From positions 16,584 to 80,583 of the forward strand of contig WELA01003228.1 of assembly GCA_009602735.1 (NCBI GenBank): a stretch of DNA of 64,000 nt. Reading direction: 5' to 3'. Shown here one piece after another: positions 27,979 to 41,433 of the stretch. How positions within the stretch are numbered: position 1 is the first letter of the stretch; every line of letters begins with the position of its first letter. This DNA is from Mesotaenium endlicherianum (taxonomy: Eukaryota). The notes below the pieces were generated by a model that did no database searches, was not told the origin of the DNA, and was given only the letters and a program-made list of their open reading frames with translations. Both the position numbers and the translations under genes were made by a program.

Positions 27979-30900
27979 CTAATTGCCAAGTGAACCATCA
28001 CCTACCTGCCTGTCTGCTCCTACCCCCCTACTGCTGCTACCTCCTCGCCAACTAACAGACCCATCTACCCGGATCAAGGACTCGCCACTACTCTGGCCAC
28101 TCGCTCGAGCTTCCTCCGAATCGCCATTGTCCTCTAGCGAGCTGTGATACCAATCTGACTCCTGCCCACTCAACTCCGAGTTTGCCTCTTCATAGGATTC
28201 GTCGTCAGCAGCAGCTGCTCCCCCTGCTGCTGATTGGAACAAAGCCCTGTTGGTGTCTACCCTGGGCTTCACTGGACCAAAGTTGTGGAGCCGCCTGCCC
28301 ACCAAGTACCTGTCGTCTCTGATGGTGTTGTGCAACTCCAGAACCCATTTGTGCGCTCTACAGATGCCGTACCAGGCCAGAGTCAGAGCGAGGGAGCCGA
28401 TCCATGCGAAACGATAGACTGCAGACTCTACAAGTAGGGGAAAGCCCAGCAGCGGGACGAGCCCCCTGGCAAGGACAAATGGCACGCAGAGAGCGGTCAG
28501 AAGATTCACGAGCACTGGGACGATGATGTTGCGCAGCACCCAGAGTGCATGCAGGTTGGCAAACCCGTCTGCGCGCACACGCTCCAGCTTGCGCCGCCAA
28601 GTGTCGTTCACAATCAGGTCCGCCTGGCCCATCATCACCTGCATAGACGGCCATTCCGTTCCCGAGTACATGCGATCCCCGTTGAGCAGAGCTTCCAGAG
28701 ACCCCCTCCCTTTTCAAAAGAGGGATCACGTGCGCTGGCAGATAAATCTCGCTTACTTCGAGCTTATGCAGGCAAGTTTGCGAACATACAATGACAATAA
28801 GAATCTCTGAGAAATTTGTTCAAGTCAAGTGAGCCTACTTTTGGACCAGAAGGAACTCCTGCAAGCAAATGCAAAGTGAATCGCAGCCAGAAGGAGTCTG
28901 GAGGCTACCCTAGTGGCCCAGATCAAGTGCGTGCTTCATTTTACAATTGCTCGCTTGAGTACGCTATATCATCAGCATTCAACCTAAGAAGAACCTCATA
29001 ACAAACAAATTAGGGGAATCATAAGCAACTGGCCACCACAGATCTCATCCATCACAAACAAGGGAAGAGCAGCTTCTAGTACCCTGGTGGCACAACACTC
29101 GCGCACAGAGAGGAAGGAACATGCGGACACTCACCAGGCGAGTCCAGACCTTCAAGAAGACGAGACCAAAGGCCCAGTCCTGGTACAGCAAGATCACGGG
29201 GCTCTCGTCGACGGGCACTCGCAGCGGAATGAGCAGCAGCAGCTCAAACAAGAGCCCCAGCAGCACGGGCACCACGCCGATCTGCTCATCAGCAGAGGAG
29301 GACAAGAACGAGGCCCCAGCATTCGTCATCAGTCAATACTCATTGAAGTTTTGCTGCGTAGCCTAGCACTCCTCCCCAACCCCCCTCTCCCCACACCGCC
29401 CCACCCCTTGAGGGCACCTGATCTGTGGGACAGAGCAACACAGAACCCATGACAGACGAGACTCCGAACGTGCATGCATGCACGCAGGCAGAGCCACAAG
29501 GCAAGCAGTCAGAGTAAAGCGCCGTAATTGGGGAAAGGGTGGACCTTGCCCCATGGTCAGAGATGGACAGAAAAGTCCCTCACAACTACCATGCAACAGC
29601 ACTGGCACCACAGCGCTCATCAGCGACGCCCTCTGGCTGACCCACAATTTGTCCTGTGTGAGCAAGCTATGTGCGATGCTGCAGGGTGCCAGGAGGGTGC
29701 AGACACGCGAGGGGCTGGTCACCGGCCGGCTGTGACAACTCACCCAGAGCGAGAGGAGGGCGGCACTCTTGGCCACAATGCAGGCCCACTTGAAGATCTG
29801 CGCCGCGAGCACAGAGACGTCGTGCGTGCGCAGGTAGCCGGCAGCGTAGCGCACGCCCGCCAGCGCGCCCCACAGCACGTAGCACCCGATGCCAAACGCG
29901 TACACATCTGCCACAGAGTTTCCCATGCTCAGTCTGTCAGCTTCTGCCAGAAAGCTCCCATGATGAGTTTGTCGACTTCATTTATGTCATCGGCGAGAGG
30001 GTTTTGCAGAAGAAAAGCGCAGCACAGGGCAGGGCAGGGGAAAGGGGCCAGCGGGAGGCGGGGGAGGGGGCACTGGCACTGGCACTGGCACTGGCACAGG
30101 CAGGAAGCAGGCATCCAGCAAATGCCGATAAAATCATCTGGCAGATAGTAAGCCCTCGCAAGTATCTCCACCCGCCCAGCCCCACCCCCAGTCATACTAA
30201 GTATGGTAAGGGCAAAATTTTCGAAAATCTATCCCCTGAGCACGCTGGCTATCTACCAGAAAGTACTGGTGAATTCATGTGTATTATTCACTGCACTGCT
30301 CCCTCATGCACGGCGGCGTCACGTCGGGAGCCCACACTCAATCCTCTATGAGGAAAGAGTGCCATTCTCCTGCGCTGAAAGGGACAACAAGATCTGCAGC
30401 GCTACTAACAGCGCAACAGCCACCAGGTGCAGGCGAGCCAAGGACTGTCAATTCACATCCTGCAAGCTGCTCATGGGAACACTGGCGGCCGCAAGAAGGG
30501 GGCCCTCACCATTGCACTGGGCTCCCTGAGTGAAGGGCAGGCGCGTGAACCACCCGAAGACCGCCCGCCCGATGAGCACGGGCACCACGGTCATGCTGGT
30601 GTTGAACACGAGCAGCGTGGTCCACGCCGCCAGCAACAGCAGCGCTATGCGCACCGCAAAACTGCACCCCACAGCGCGCAGATGGCGTGTAAGAAGAGCG
30701 TCTCCTGGACACCCATGTGCGCCTCATCCTGGCCCTGGCCTTTGCCCAAACGGGAGGGCGGCCGGGCGGCCGGGCGGGCAATACGGGACTGCCAGGTTTA
30801 GCACCACAATCCAAGAGGGACAGGATGGTGCCTTGACCACGTCCTATAAGTGCCCTGCTTACGTCATGCGCTTACAGGGAGCCCCTGTTATATTCACTTG

Positions 30901-33900
30901 CTGCCTTGACTACTACCTGTGCACTGGTCCACAGAGACCGCTGTGTCACCAGCTGATGTGGAGTGGCCAGAGCACAAAGGTTTCTCCGCAAGGGAGTGAG
31001 TTGCAAGAGAAGACCAGACCACGTAGGCAGCAAGGCACGCACAATGAAGACAAGCCGTCAATCTCGCGACTGGCTCCGGCATCCAGGTGCCGGTCTCCCT
31101 GACTCGACAAGGACGCAACCCTCAGAAAAAAGATCGCGTCCTTCAACCACACACACAACCGCTCTCCAGCTCTGAGACGCGGTGTACCCACGGGACTTAC
31201 TCTTCGTCGTCTCTCCCCCTCTCGCTCTGCCCGGTCTTGGCCTCGCTCTCTGCCTCCGCGGGGCCTTCCTGTGCCATTCCAGGAGCCGGAAGAGGGGCCA
31301 TGGGGGGCGGCGGGGGGGGTCCCAGGAGAAGCTGCCGCCCGAGGTCGTTGCCGCCGCCCGGGAGTCCTCTGTCGTTGGCGGCGGCGTGCGTGCCATCTGG
31401 CGGGGGAAGCAGATACTCGGCCAGGCCCAGGGCGGTGCCCACGGAGGACACCCAGAGGCGCAGCACGCGCTTGAGGGTGGAGCGCGGGCGGAAGTGCTCG
31501 ATAGTGAAGGGAACGCACACGTGGAACAGCAGCATGTCGGCAGATATTTCGGCAAATGGGTCGGAAAACCTGCAGCAGCACACCCTGTCTCCCTTAGGGC
31601 GATGCAGAAGCAAATGACGCTGTCCGCGTCTCTGACCCCTCTTCCAGGGGGGGGGCCAAGAGGCTGGGGGGCAGTGAACAATTTTGAACCGATGCGGAAC
31701 AGTCCCTTCTTTCTCGTGAGCTACGTTCAGTTCAGTTCAGCATCACACCACTGGACAAGCACCTCACGTCCCCCACCAATTGGCACACGACAGATGTCAC
31801 AGCTGTTGGCAGTCAAGCTTGGCACGCATCTCATCCTCTACAAGGCAGCATACGCAGAAGCAGGCGCCTCGACCGACAACACCCCTGGGCCATGAAGCAT
31901 CCCTGAGCCTCTGAGGCAGTCGACTGCGTGCCCACGCCCCAACGTCCTGCTCGAGGATCTAGCACCGCTCTAGTACACGCGCGTTACCAAAGCTCCAAAA
32001 TATCGTTGCACATCATACACCATACAACATACAACAAACACTATACATCATACACCACACATGGGAGGCACTCCCATTCCCCAGGAACAGCAGGTAGCAA
32101 CTGCGCTTGACAAGGGCCGGGCCCGAAGCCGCCGCACAGCAACGAAACGAGAGAATGCGAGAGCCACGCTGACTCCACTTGGGCTTGTCAACGGGCTCTC
32201 ACCTCCAGTTTAGAGGGAACATGGAGGGGGACAGCGCGAGCGCGAGGCGCGCAGGCGCGTAGATGAGCATCACGATGAGGTTGCCGTACACGACCACCGA
32301 CAGCAGCACGCGGCGCGCGTGCTTGGGCAGGGGGTCGTCGATGAGGTCCCGGAACGGGTTGTAGTTGGGGTCTGCGGGGTCTCTTAGGAACGCCAGCACG
32401 CCGTGCCTCAGCACCTGCACGCAAAAGGGAAACAAGCGCAAAAAAAGAAAAGATATGAGCTCGTGCCGTCGCCCCAAGCGCGCCGTCTGCCAGCAGCTCC
32501 CAGGCGAGCCCCCTCTGCTGGCTGGCAGGCAAGATGGTCACAGAGTCATCCCAAGCTCAATGCCAAGAGCAGCCCTGCTGGAGCGTACCAGGTCCAAGGA
32601 GGGGGCCACTGGGATGGGTTCATGGAGCGAGAACACCCACGATAGGCGTGTGCAAAAGCACGCGCACAGGAGGGTGTGGGGTGCCACCTACAGTAGCTTC
32701 AGAGCTAGCTGGTCAGCTCAGCCTCTGACCACCAAAGCCGACGAACGCCAGGCACAACTTAAGAAGTCATGATGGCCCTTGCAGTGGCAAGCTCAAAGAA
32801 GCCAAGCAGCAGCGCAAGGGAAGGGGGGGNNNNNNNNNNNNNNNNNNNNNNNNNNNNNNNNNNNNNNNNNNNNNNNNNNNNNNNNNNNNNNNNNNNNNNN
32901 NNNNNNNNNNNNNNNNNNNNNNNNNNNNNNNNNNNNNNNNNNNNNNNNNNNNNNNNNNNNNNNNNNNNNNNNNNNNNNNNNNNNNNNNNNNNNNNNNNNN
33001 NNNNNNNNNNNNNNNNNNNNNNNNNNNNNNNNNNNNNNNNNNNNNNNNNNNNNNNNNNNNNNNNNNNNNNNNNNNNNNNNNNNNNNNNNNNNNNNNNNNN
33101 NNNNNNNNNNNNNNNNNNNNNNNNNNNNNNNNNNNNNNNNNNNNNNNNNNNNNNNNNNNNNNNNNNNNNNNNNNNNNNNNNNNNNNNNNNNNNNNNNNNN
33201 NNNNNNNNNNNNNNNNNNNNNNNNNNNNNNNNNNNNNNNNNNNNNNNNNNNNNNNNNNNNNNNNNNNNNNNNNNNNNNNNNNNNNNNNNNNNNNNNNNNN
33301 NNNNNNNNNNNNNNNNNNNNNNNNNNNNNNNNNNNNNNNNNNNNNNNNNNNNNNNNNNNNNNNNNNNNNNNNNNNNNNNNNNNNNNNNNNNNNNNNNNNN
33401 NNNNNNNNNNNNNNNNNNNNNNNNNNNNNNNNNNNNNNNNNNNNNGGGGGGGAGGGGGGGGCTTTGTCACAAACCTCGCGGAGGAGGCCGACGAAGATGC
33501 TGACTTGCAGCATGTAGGTGATGCCCACGAACCAATGCAGGAACACGGACACCAGGGGCATGGAGGCCAGGAAGGCCGTGCGCTGCTGCAGCGTGGCGCC
33601 GAAGAGGCCCATGGTGCACACGTCCAGCCACCAGCCGCACAGCAGCGGGAAGACGCCCAGCTCCACCAGGAGCAGCCCCCCCACCTTGATCGGCACGCCG
33701 ACATACCTGCGCGGCAGAGTAGGAGATCCCCGGTTTTCATGAGCTCCAGCACACCAACCACACCCATTCCGGCAAAACCCCGGGGAGAGGCCTCCCAGCC
33801 GCAATCGCAACCTTCATACCCTCCAACAGTGACGTGACGAAACTTCACAAGCGTGAAAAAAAGCTTGACCAAAGCGACATTCCAACAACCCGCGTATGGA

Positions 33901-36461
33901 GGATGAACCAGCCCAGAGAAAGAGCGGGCGGGCAAGCAAAGGCGGTTGGTGATTGTGGAGCGCGCACCTCAGGCCCGCCACGACCTGCCGAGCGGCGTTG
34001 GGTGCCGCTTCTGCCGCGGAGTATATCTGGCCATGCACGCCGTCGTTCGAGCTGCCCCCTCTCATGTACCTGATGAGAAGCACTCCGCAGACGTAAGTGG
34101 CAACGGCCACTATGATGACACCATACCCTATTGCCACAATGACAGCGTCTGAGAGAGCAGGGTTGTGCTGAAGCACGGCAGAGCTTGAGCCAGTTGCGTT
34201 GCCTGTCCCTTTAACCCCTCCCGGTAATAAGGCTGATCCTGCCTTGTTTGCTCCACCTTGTGATTCACTGTCTCCCGCAAATAGGACGCCCACCTCTCCT
34301 CCCTGTATGCCAGCAGGGGGTGCCGAGCTAGCCTCCTTAGCAGGTACAGTACAGAAGCCCTTCTCACTCGGCTCCAAAACCCCATCAGGCAGCCACGTGG
34401 CACGTGACGCATCCCCAAGCGCAGCTGAGTTGCCCATCCAAGTCGTTTTTGAATCCAGCATTTGGGCTAGGGTTGTGTTTGAAGCCAGACTGAACAACTG
34501 TTCAGGAGCTGGGGGCGCCAGAGATCCTGGCATGCCACTACTGCCTGCACCCCCTGCAGGAGGCATCAGATAAGCTGTGGCTGCCAGTGACATGCGGCCC
34601 AGAGTGAAGGGCACCGCGAGGACAAGGAAGAGGAAGACACAGTTGCTGACGAGTACCTGCACGATTAAAAAAAAAAAGAGGTCAAAACGTTCTTCAGCAC
34701 AGCAAACAGGTTGACGCCACGCTGCCGTATGTGCTGTCCAGTGACCATGGCAGTCATTTCACACATCCGCATGGTAACTAGTGATTGGTGACATCGCGAT
34801 ATTGACCAGAAATGCGTGGACATTGCGATACATGCACCACAATCCGTGTGCACATGACCGCACCCCAGCAACCCATCCTGTATGCCAGCAGGTTGCAAAG
34901 ATGAATCTCCACACCAAACAGACGCCTTCCTAGATCCTAGAGCATGTCTCCATGGATTATACAGCTCTCAAATGAGTCCCAGGCTTCACACACAGCGCGA
35001 GACAGATGGGTGCAGGTAAGGTACACGCGCACCCAGCGACGCATACCGTGATGGCGTTCTCAAAGAGGTTGATCAGAGGGCCCTGCATTCCAACAAGCTC
35101 CTCAAACGGGAGATCTTCCGCAGGGTCTCCCATCTCCATATCCTGGTTACCAAAGTCTGCAAGACCCCCCCTTGGCCCATTGCCTTGGCCACGGGCAGCC
35201 ACGTCATCGGCACCTTGGTCGTGCCAGACACCTGGCAAGAACCCCTGCCCCTGCACTAGAGGCCCAGCCTCTCCTGGCACATTGGCTTCGCCACCCTCTC
35301 CGGGCAGAAGTACAGCGTGCCGGTGCCTCTCATCTGGCCTGATGTCTTCGGGAAATCTTTGGCCTACGTGACCTACACCAACATCGTTCTCTAGCTCTTC
35401 AGCCTGCTCCCTCCTGTGGCGCAGGTGATCTCTCAACGATGTTGCCCCCAGAAACACGAAGACTATAGCGGCAGATAAGAAGGACCCATATACGCAATCT
35501 GTAAGGTATAGAGATGATGTGCACCTGCTCAAGAATAGGCTGTATGCGGCTGATATGCCTCGAACAAACGCTAGTCGAGCTAACCAGCAGGTGCAGTAAG
35601 GGATGAACAGAAGCCACACACAGAGAACAAGAGCTAGGCGTAGCACAAAGTGAAATCCTCGTGCAACCCTAAGTGCTGCACCCATTACTAGTTCCCCGAC
35701 AGGAAGTTGGGCCGGGGCATTTTCGGCATAAACTGGAGAGAAGGAGAAGGCGTGTTTGCAGACCTGGAACACAGACAACCAAAGACAAACCAAACTCACG
35801 GTCCTTTAATAGCCTCTCAAAAGCCTTAACCATGACTGCCCTGTTTTGCCCGCCAACAGGAGTGTCTCCATGGACTACACCAGGAGTCTAAATCTTATTG
35901 CTGACAAGATGCTAGTGCGTGACACAAAGTGTCTGCCTTCACTACTGGGCTTCGTAGAATCCCTACTACTCCGCTTTCTTCCTCAGTCAGATACAAACAT
36001 ATCTCGCATGTTGTCCAGCATGTGAAACCTTGTGCAGATCAAGAGGGGCACTAGAAGGTGATGGGCCATAACAGATATGCCCTTCAACAATGAACGAAAG
36101 TCAGATAATAATTGTGCCCATAGCCACAGTTCCATGAATTATGCAATCGGAAGCAGAAGCGCAAGTGGGCAACTCTTGTTTGCACACTCACCTCACAACT
36201 TCGTGTATTGCTGTGATTTAGCCACTGCAGTAAGCAATCCTGGTGCACATACTTTATGCTGCCACTACATGCACACGGGTAGTACAAGGGATTGCTCTCA
36301 TCCCCAGGAGTTCTACATATGCGACAAAAGTCTTCATCTTCTTCATCTCTACTACTTGCTTGCAGACGCGCTCGATTCAAAGCTACCTCCTCGTCCACCT
36401 GTGCCCTAAAACGCCTTTCCTCTTCCCGGAACCTCCTCTCATGATCTGAGACATCTCCCAT
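27979..36461 (-). CDS. SUD1: RING-CH polytopic ERAD E3 ubiquitin ligase SUD1/CER9 (DOA10/MARCH6 orthologue), about 1203 aa
   Basis: Ten phase-consistent exons: 36461-36192, 35763-35047, 34656-33968, 33706-33475, 32414-32203, 31569-31201, 30661-30510, 29907-29744, 29281-29135, 28638-27979. RING-CH CRIC...PCACSGSIKYVHQDCLLQWL...CEVC, ELGVFPLLCGWWLD, FLRDPADPNYNPFRDL, IRDDRYLVGRRLHNF. Confidence 0.95.
32830..33445. other. assembly gap (N run) in a SUD1 intron
   Basis: Run of n flanked by poly-G. Confidence 1.
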
Positions 36462-37388
36462 TCTTGTTAAGAACTGGCAGTAAGTTACGAGGAGTCAGAC
36501 AGAAAAGACATGTCCCTGCTGCCCAAATATGGGCCTTGAAGTGCTATTTTGCCACAAAATGTCGTATATGACCTTTCAAGTTGCACGGTCGACCACGATG
36601 TTTTCTAGAAATTGGATTCCGCGACTTTATACGCCATCCTTAGCAATCGCGAAACACACTTTACTTGCATCATCAGACTTCTAAGACATGTAGAGAGCCC
36701 TATAACATGTAAACATCCACACGGACAAATGCTATCGAAATTTCAGAATAGACGGGAGATGACGCCTATGACGATAATAGTCTTTAATTACCTGATCCGA
36801 GTGCACAATCAACGTCTAGCACTGGTTAAGCTGCTTCTTACCCATTCCTACCATACTCTACGTATACGTGCATTCGTGGTGCACTCATCATGGTCTTGCA
36901 TGTTCCCTATTGATCCCGGCAAATAAGCTGGTCGACGGGGGACCTTCCTCAGCAACAAGCCTTGCTGGCCAACACTGGCGAAACGTTAGGCCAAAGTTTG
37001 AAAAAGAAAGAATTCCGGTTTTACGTACAAACCAGTACAAACTTTTCACAAGTGCCAATTCATGATAGGCAGGCCCTCTCCTGCCTATCCATGTCTTTAC
37101 CCCGGGCACGTTTGAAGGTTCTCGACACTTGTCTCGTCAACCTGGTCAACCTTGTAGGTGGCCCTCGCACGTAAGTCAATAACCTGGTTCATCACCAAGG
37201 GTTGACCTCGCACGTGTATCGGTAGATGGCTGGACTTGGTTGACTTTGCTTCCATGCAGGTTTGAACCGGCAAAGGCCATTACTAGATCAGTAGGCTTAG
37301 TGTTCACAGACAGAGCTCACTTACATCCTCTTTTTCAAAGGCGTTCATAGATTTGCAAAAAAAAATGGATACTCTAGTTCTCCTTACA

Positions 37389-37543
37389 CCCCTCCCTTTC
37401 AGCTAAGGCGACCCGCACCTTAACTGAAATCTATTTCTGCTTTCCATCTTTTCGGCTGCAAGGGTTTGGAGTGCAGTCAAGACGGTCCCATCGTCCTGCC
37501 AAAACCCCTTCCTCGCCAATGCAAACGTATGCCATTTAGCATT
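37389..37543 (-). mobile_element. 3' end of old PHD-integrase gypsy element D: second half of the PHD finger plus PPT; its 3' LTR extends left from 37388 (left edge undefined)
   Basis: Joining across element A gives ...CDRFNAKWHT-(frameshift)-CIGEEGVLAGRWDRLDC. The minus strand then reads GAAAGGGAGGGG followed by TGTAAGG (PPT then LTR start). Confidence 0.6.
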
Positions 37544-38262
37544 TGAAATGAATCGGCTTACCAAATAGTCGATTAACAATTAATAAAGATCTTTATATCA
37601 GCAAGTAATCTTTGTGGATTTTTGTTAACTGGTTAAACGGCAAAAGGACAACACTAGCAGTGAACAACACTCGTAAGTCAAATGCGAGTAAACTAGCATC
37701 AATAATGCAATCAGTAAAACTCGTACATAAGCAAGGTTAGAAGACAGTGCGTATCAATGACTTTTCGCCTTGGATTCAGATCTCTCTCAGTAAGCTGTAC
37801 AAGAGAGTTGGCCTCGTTTCCGAATGCCGAACTCGAGAGCAATGCCTAGCATATGTACATGGAATGAGTTTACTGTTCAACGGCCAGTGCGATGGCACCG
37901 CCTACCCGGGAGTTAACCACGTTGGTAGGACCTCGGTTAACCAAATCCACCGCCATCTCCCATCATCCCGAATCGCCATCCATCATAGGGATGTCATCTG
38001 GCCATTCATCTAGCATACCACACTTAGATGCATATCGAGGCAGTTCGTTGCTACCGGGTACGGAAGTCAACTGGCTGTCAAAGAATGTGTCGGCAAGCTG
38101 ACTTCAGTTGACTTCAGCCTGCTGCTTCCGGCTGAGTCATTAAACTGCTATTAAATATAAAGTCCAGCAAACTGATTATTTAACTAGAGTTCAGCAGGCT
38201 GAACATGACTAATTATTATATTTAAATGAATACTATATCTACTAATATATTGATTCATTACA
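37544..38262 (-). repeat. 3' LTR of A1
   Basis: TG...CA termini; closely similar to 50796-51515. Confidence 0.93.
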
Positions 38263-40152
38263 ATCCCTCCAACTTAACTTGTTGTCGCCTCGACAACATT
38301 AAACTGCAGAAGTCTTAAATAAGGGAACTGACCCTGACCAGCCTCCCCCACAGACTGCCCTTTAGCCTGTCACCTAGGGGGTTGTTCCTGGGGCTCCAGA
38401 ATCAGGAGACTGAGATCTGGACCTAGATCTGGACAGCCCTCTAGGTCTGTCAGCTGGCCTTCTAAAGAGCCCCGTTTGTTCTAAAGTTGGACCTCGAGGA
38501 GAACAAAGGATGGTAGCCTGCTCTTCACCCACTTGGGTGTTGATCCCCACATAGACAGGCATTCCAGTAGGATGCTGAAATACATTGGCAAGAGGTACAT
38601 GTCCCTGAGCGAAGGGGGAGGCCGGCATACCTCTGGCCACCCCGCGTGGCCCTCTTCTGAAACCCCTGTCCTCTGGGGATTTCTGCCTGTGTCTGCTGCC
38701 AAGTACAGTCAGATCAGCTTCTTCCCCTGCTTGGGCAAGTGGGTTGGGGGAGCAAGTGCGGGGTCCGGTTGCCTCCATGACCGGGATCACGTTCCATATA
38801 CCTGATCTTGGTTCCTTAGGAAGTGCCCCTTCCTGCCCCTGGGTCTCCTGAGTACCAGCTCCTGATGCTTCTCCTCTGCCTTGTTCTTCTTCCTCATCCT
38901 CCTTATCCTCCTCCTCTGAGAGAGTAGGAGTCTCGTCAACTAAGTCGTCCTGCTCTCTGGTAGACATGGAGTAGTCTACTGATCTCCCTTTCTTAGGACG
39001 CGCTGGAGGTCGCTTGGCCTTCAGCCTGCTAATATCTATCCGGCCTGCATTCTTCGCCCATTTGATGAAGGCATGCTTTCCCTTGAAGAAGTAGTCTCTC
39101 CCCCCCCTCCTGTGCTCTTTGGTCTCTGCATTCATATTGCTCAGGCAGCCATTCAGCCTGGGATCCCAAGGGGCAATGTGAGGTGGTAGGATGAGGTAGC
39201 CGTCTAGGCCATAGTGGAAATCGTCGGGTTGGGCTCGGTCACATTCCTGCTTTTTGTTTGTGACGGTCATCCACCTCCAGTCTGTGGGCTGCTGGTAGTA
39301 CTGGGGTCCATGCTCAGCTTTTCTCAGTTTACATGGGAACCAATGGGGAGAGAACATCTGCTGTCCTGCTTCCCTGGCCAAGTACTCCCAGCTCCTTCTC
39401 TCAACTTCATTGTAAGCTGGCAATAGTGTGAGGTAGAATACCGTATCCTTAAAGCTATCGGGCCGCACGCTCACCATCCTGATGAGTCTCTGATCTCCCA
39501 CTATTCCCGTTATTGGGACTGGCTTGTTTTGTGAATCATCGGCAAGGTACCGGGCCTGCTCTGCGGTATAGCCCACCATCTTGGCATAATCCTCGTAGAG
39601 GACCACACCAGTTGTAGTGATTTGAGTTATTATATATTAGTTTGCATAAATTTTGATGTTTTCAAATATATTTGGAGTAGTATTGTGTGGATTCAAGTAT
39701 AAATAGGTACTCTAGTACTTTGGTTCATGTCCTTTGAACCTTCTAAGGCATTTTCGAAGTTAGAGGAAAGACCTAGAAGAACTCCACGTGGCGAAAGTCA
39801 AATGTGCCATTTTTAGGTCAAAAGGACATGTGTACATTATTCTAGAAAGAGGTGGCAAGTTTTGGGATGTGTTGGGTGCCAACACATCAACATACACCTT
39901 CCTAGAAATTACTTATGTAGCAAGTATATAAACAAGAGCTAGAACATAGAAAGACATTCCAGAATCACTCTTGTACTTGCCAAAATCCAGAAATATATTA
40001 ACTTTCAAGAAGCCATCTCTCTTTCAAGAAGCTACCACTTGTGTTCAAAGATCCTTGTCTTGAATAGATAAAGTATTCTGTTTTACTAAGTACTTTATCT
40101 ATCTGTTTCACTACAGTGGTATCGGAGCTAGGCACTTTGGTAGCACAAGAAG

Positions 40153-41433
40153 ATGGCCGATCCTCAAGACCAACAGCAAGCTTTCGAAGGAAGCCCTTCC
40201 TCTCCAAGACACCCTCCTCCAGCGCCGATGGGAGAGCCCACTCAAGAAAATCTGCAACAACAAGAAGCACCACAAGGAGGAGCACACCCTCCTCCAGCGT
40301 CGATGGGAGAGCCTACTCAAGGAAATCTGCAACAACAAGAAGCACCACAAGGAGGAGCACCGTCAAATCCCGTGGCAGCCGCTATAGCAAAGTTGACCCC
40401 ACCACAAGGAGTTCCCGCAAATGAGTGGGCAGCCTTCCTAATGACCGTCCACAACCAAGTGGGCTTGGCCACCTATGAAGCAACCGTGCAAGCGTCAAGA
40501 GAAGCTATGGCTGCCATGGTTGCCCCTATTGCGAGCAATGCTCAAAATCCAGCCCCGGCTCAAGCGCCTCCACAAGAGCCAACGAGAGCAAGGAAACTCA
40601 TCAAGCCCGGCAAACCCGACACTTTCAACCCCGGGAAAGGTGCCAACCTGAATTTATGGCTCTACCAAGTGGAGACGTACCTCGCGTTCCTTGAAGTACC
40701 CGAGGAGGACTACGTTCCCTTTGCCGTTACCTTACTTAGAGGAGCAGCAACATCATGGTGGCGTAACTATCAAGCGGCTATATATCAAGCTATGGCGCAC
40801 CCCATGCTCGGCCAAGAGCCCCCACCATCATATGCAAGATGGGCAGATTTTCGTGAGGCCCTCAAGAAGCAATTCATGCCCATCAATGCGGAGAAGATTG
40901 CCCGAGGAAAGCTCCACCATCTCAAGCAAACGACGTCCGTTCAAGAGTATACATCCAGATTTCACGCCCTCACTCTTGAGATCCCCAACATGTCTCTCGA
41001 GGAGAAGATTGACCGTTACATCTTTGGCCTCAAACCCAAGGTGGCAAAGGAAGTGGAGTTACGCGACTTGACGGACTTCTCAAAGATCATTGAAGTGGCC
41101 CAAAAGGTGGATACCTTGGATTTCAAGCACTCCGTGCCTTCATCTTCACGGGTACCGACGACGCGGGTGTACGCAGCCCCTTCCACATCCGAATCTGGAC
41201 CCACACCCATGGAAATCGGAGTTATTAAAAGGGACCCCGCGGCTGCCCGGAAGAGTGGAAGACCCTCCAATGACACTTATGATGCAAGAAACCAGCAAGG
41301 AGTGAAAGCAAGACTCTCCCCGGCTGAAAAAGAAGCTCTCATGACGGCTGGACTATGCTTCTATTGCAAGGAAAAGGGCCATCGTGCACTTTCATGCCCC
41401 AAAAAGTTGTCAAAAAACGGACAGCGCCGGTAG
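40153..41433 (+). CDS. gag: Gag of element B (capsid plus CCHC zinc knuckle)
   Basis: Open 426-aa ORF with [45 protein letters not shown]. Confidence 0.93.
   Translation: MADPQDQQQAFEGSPSSPRHPPPAPMGEPTQENLQQQEAPQGGAHPPPASMGEPTQGNLQQQEAPQGGAPSNPVAAAIAKLTPPQGVPANEWAAFLMTVHNQVGLATYEATVQASREAMAAMVAPIASNAQNPAPAQAPPQEPTRARKLIKPGKPDTFNPGKGANLNLWLYQVETYLAFLEVPEEDYVPFAVTLLRGAATSWWRNYQAAIYQAMAHPMLGQEPPPSYARWADFREALKKQFMPINAEKIARGKLHHLKQTTSVQEYTSRFHALTLEIPNMSLEEKIDRYIFGLKPKVAKEVELRDLTDFSKIIEVAQKVDTLDFKHSVPSSSRVPTTRVYAAPSTSESGPTPMEIGVIKRDPAAARKSGRPSNDTYDARNQQGVKARLSPAEKEALMTAGLCFYCKEKGHRALSCPKKLSKNGQRR

Noticed and set aside
37747..38013. 88-aa ORF (MRINxFSPWIQ...) repeated at 51001 and 56050
   Set aside because: It lies inside family-A LTRs, is antisense to the element, starts at GTG, and is broken by stops in the copies at 52517 and 63501. 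Its recurrence reflects LTR copying.
38374..39606. env gene interpretation of ORF3
   Set aside because: No signal peptide or transmembrane segment; the protein is hydrophilic.
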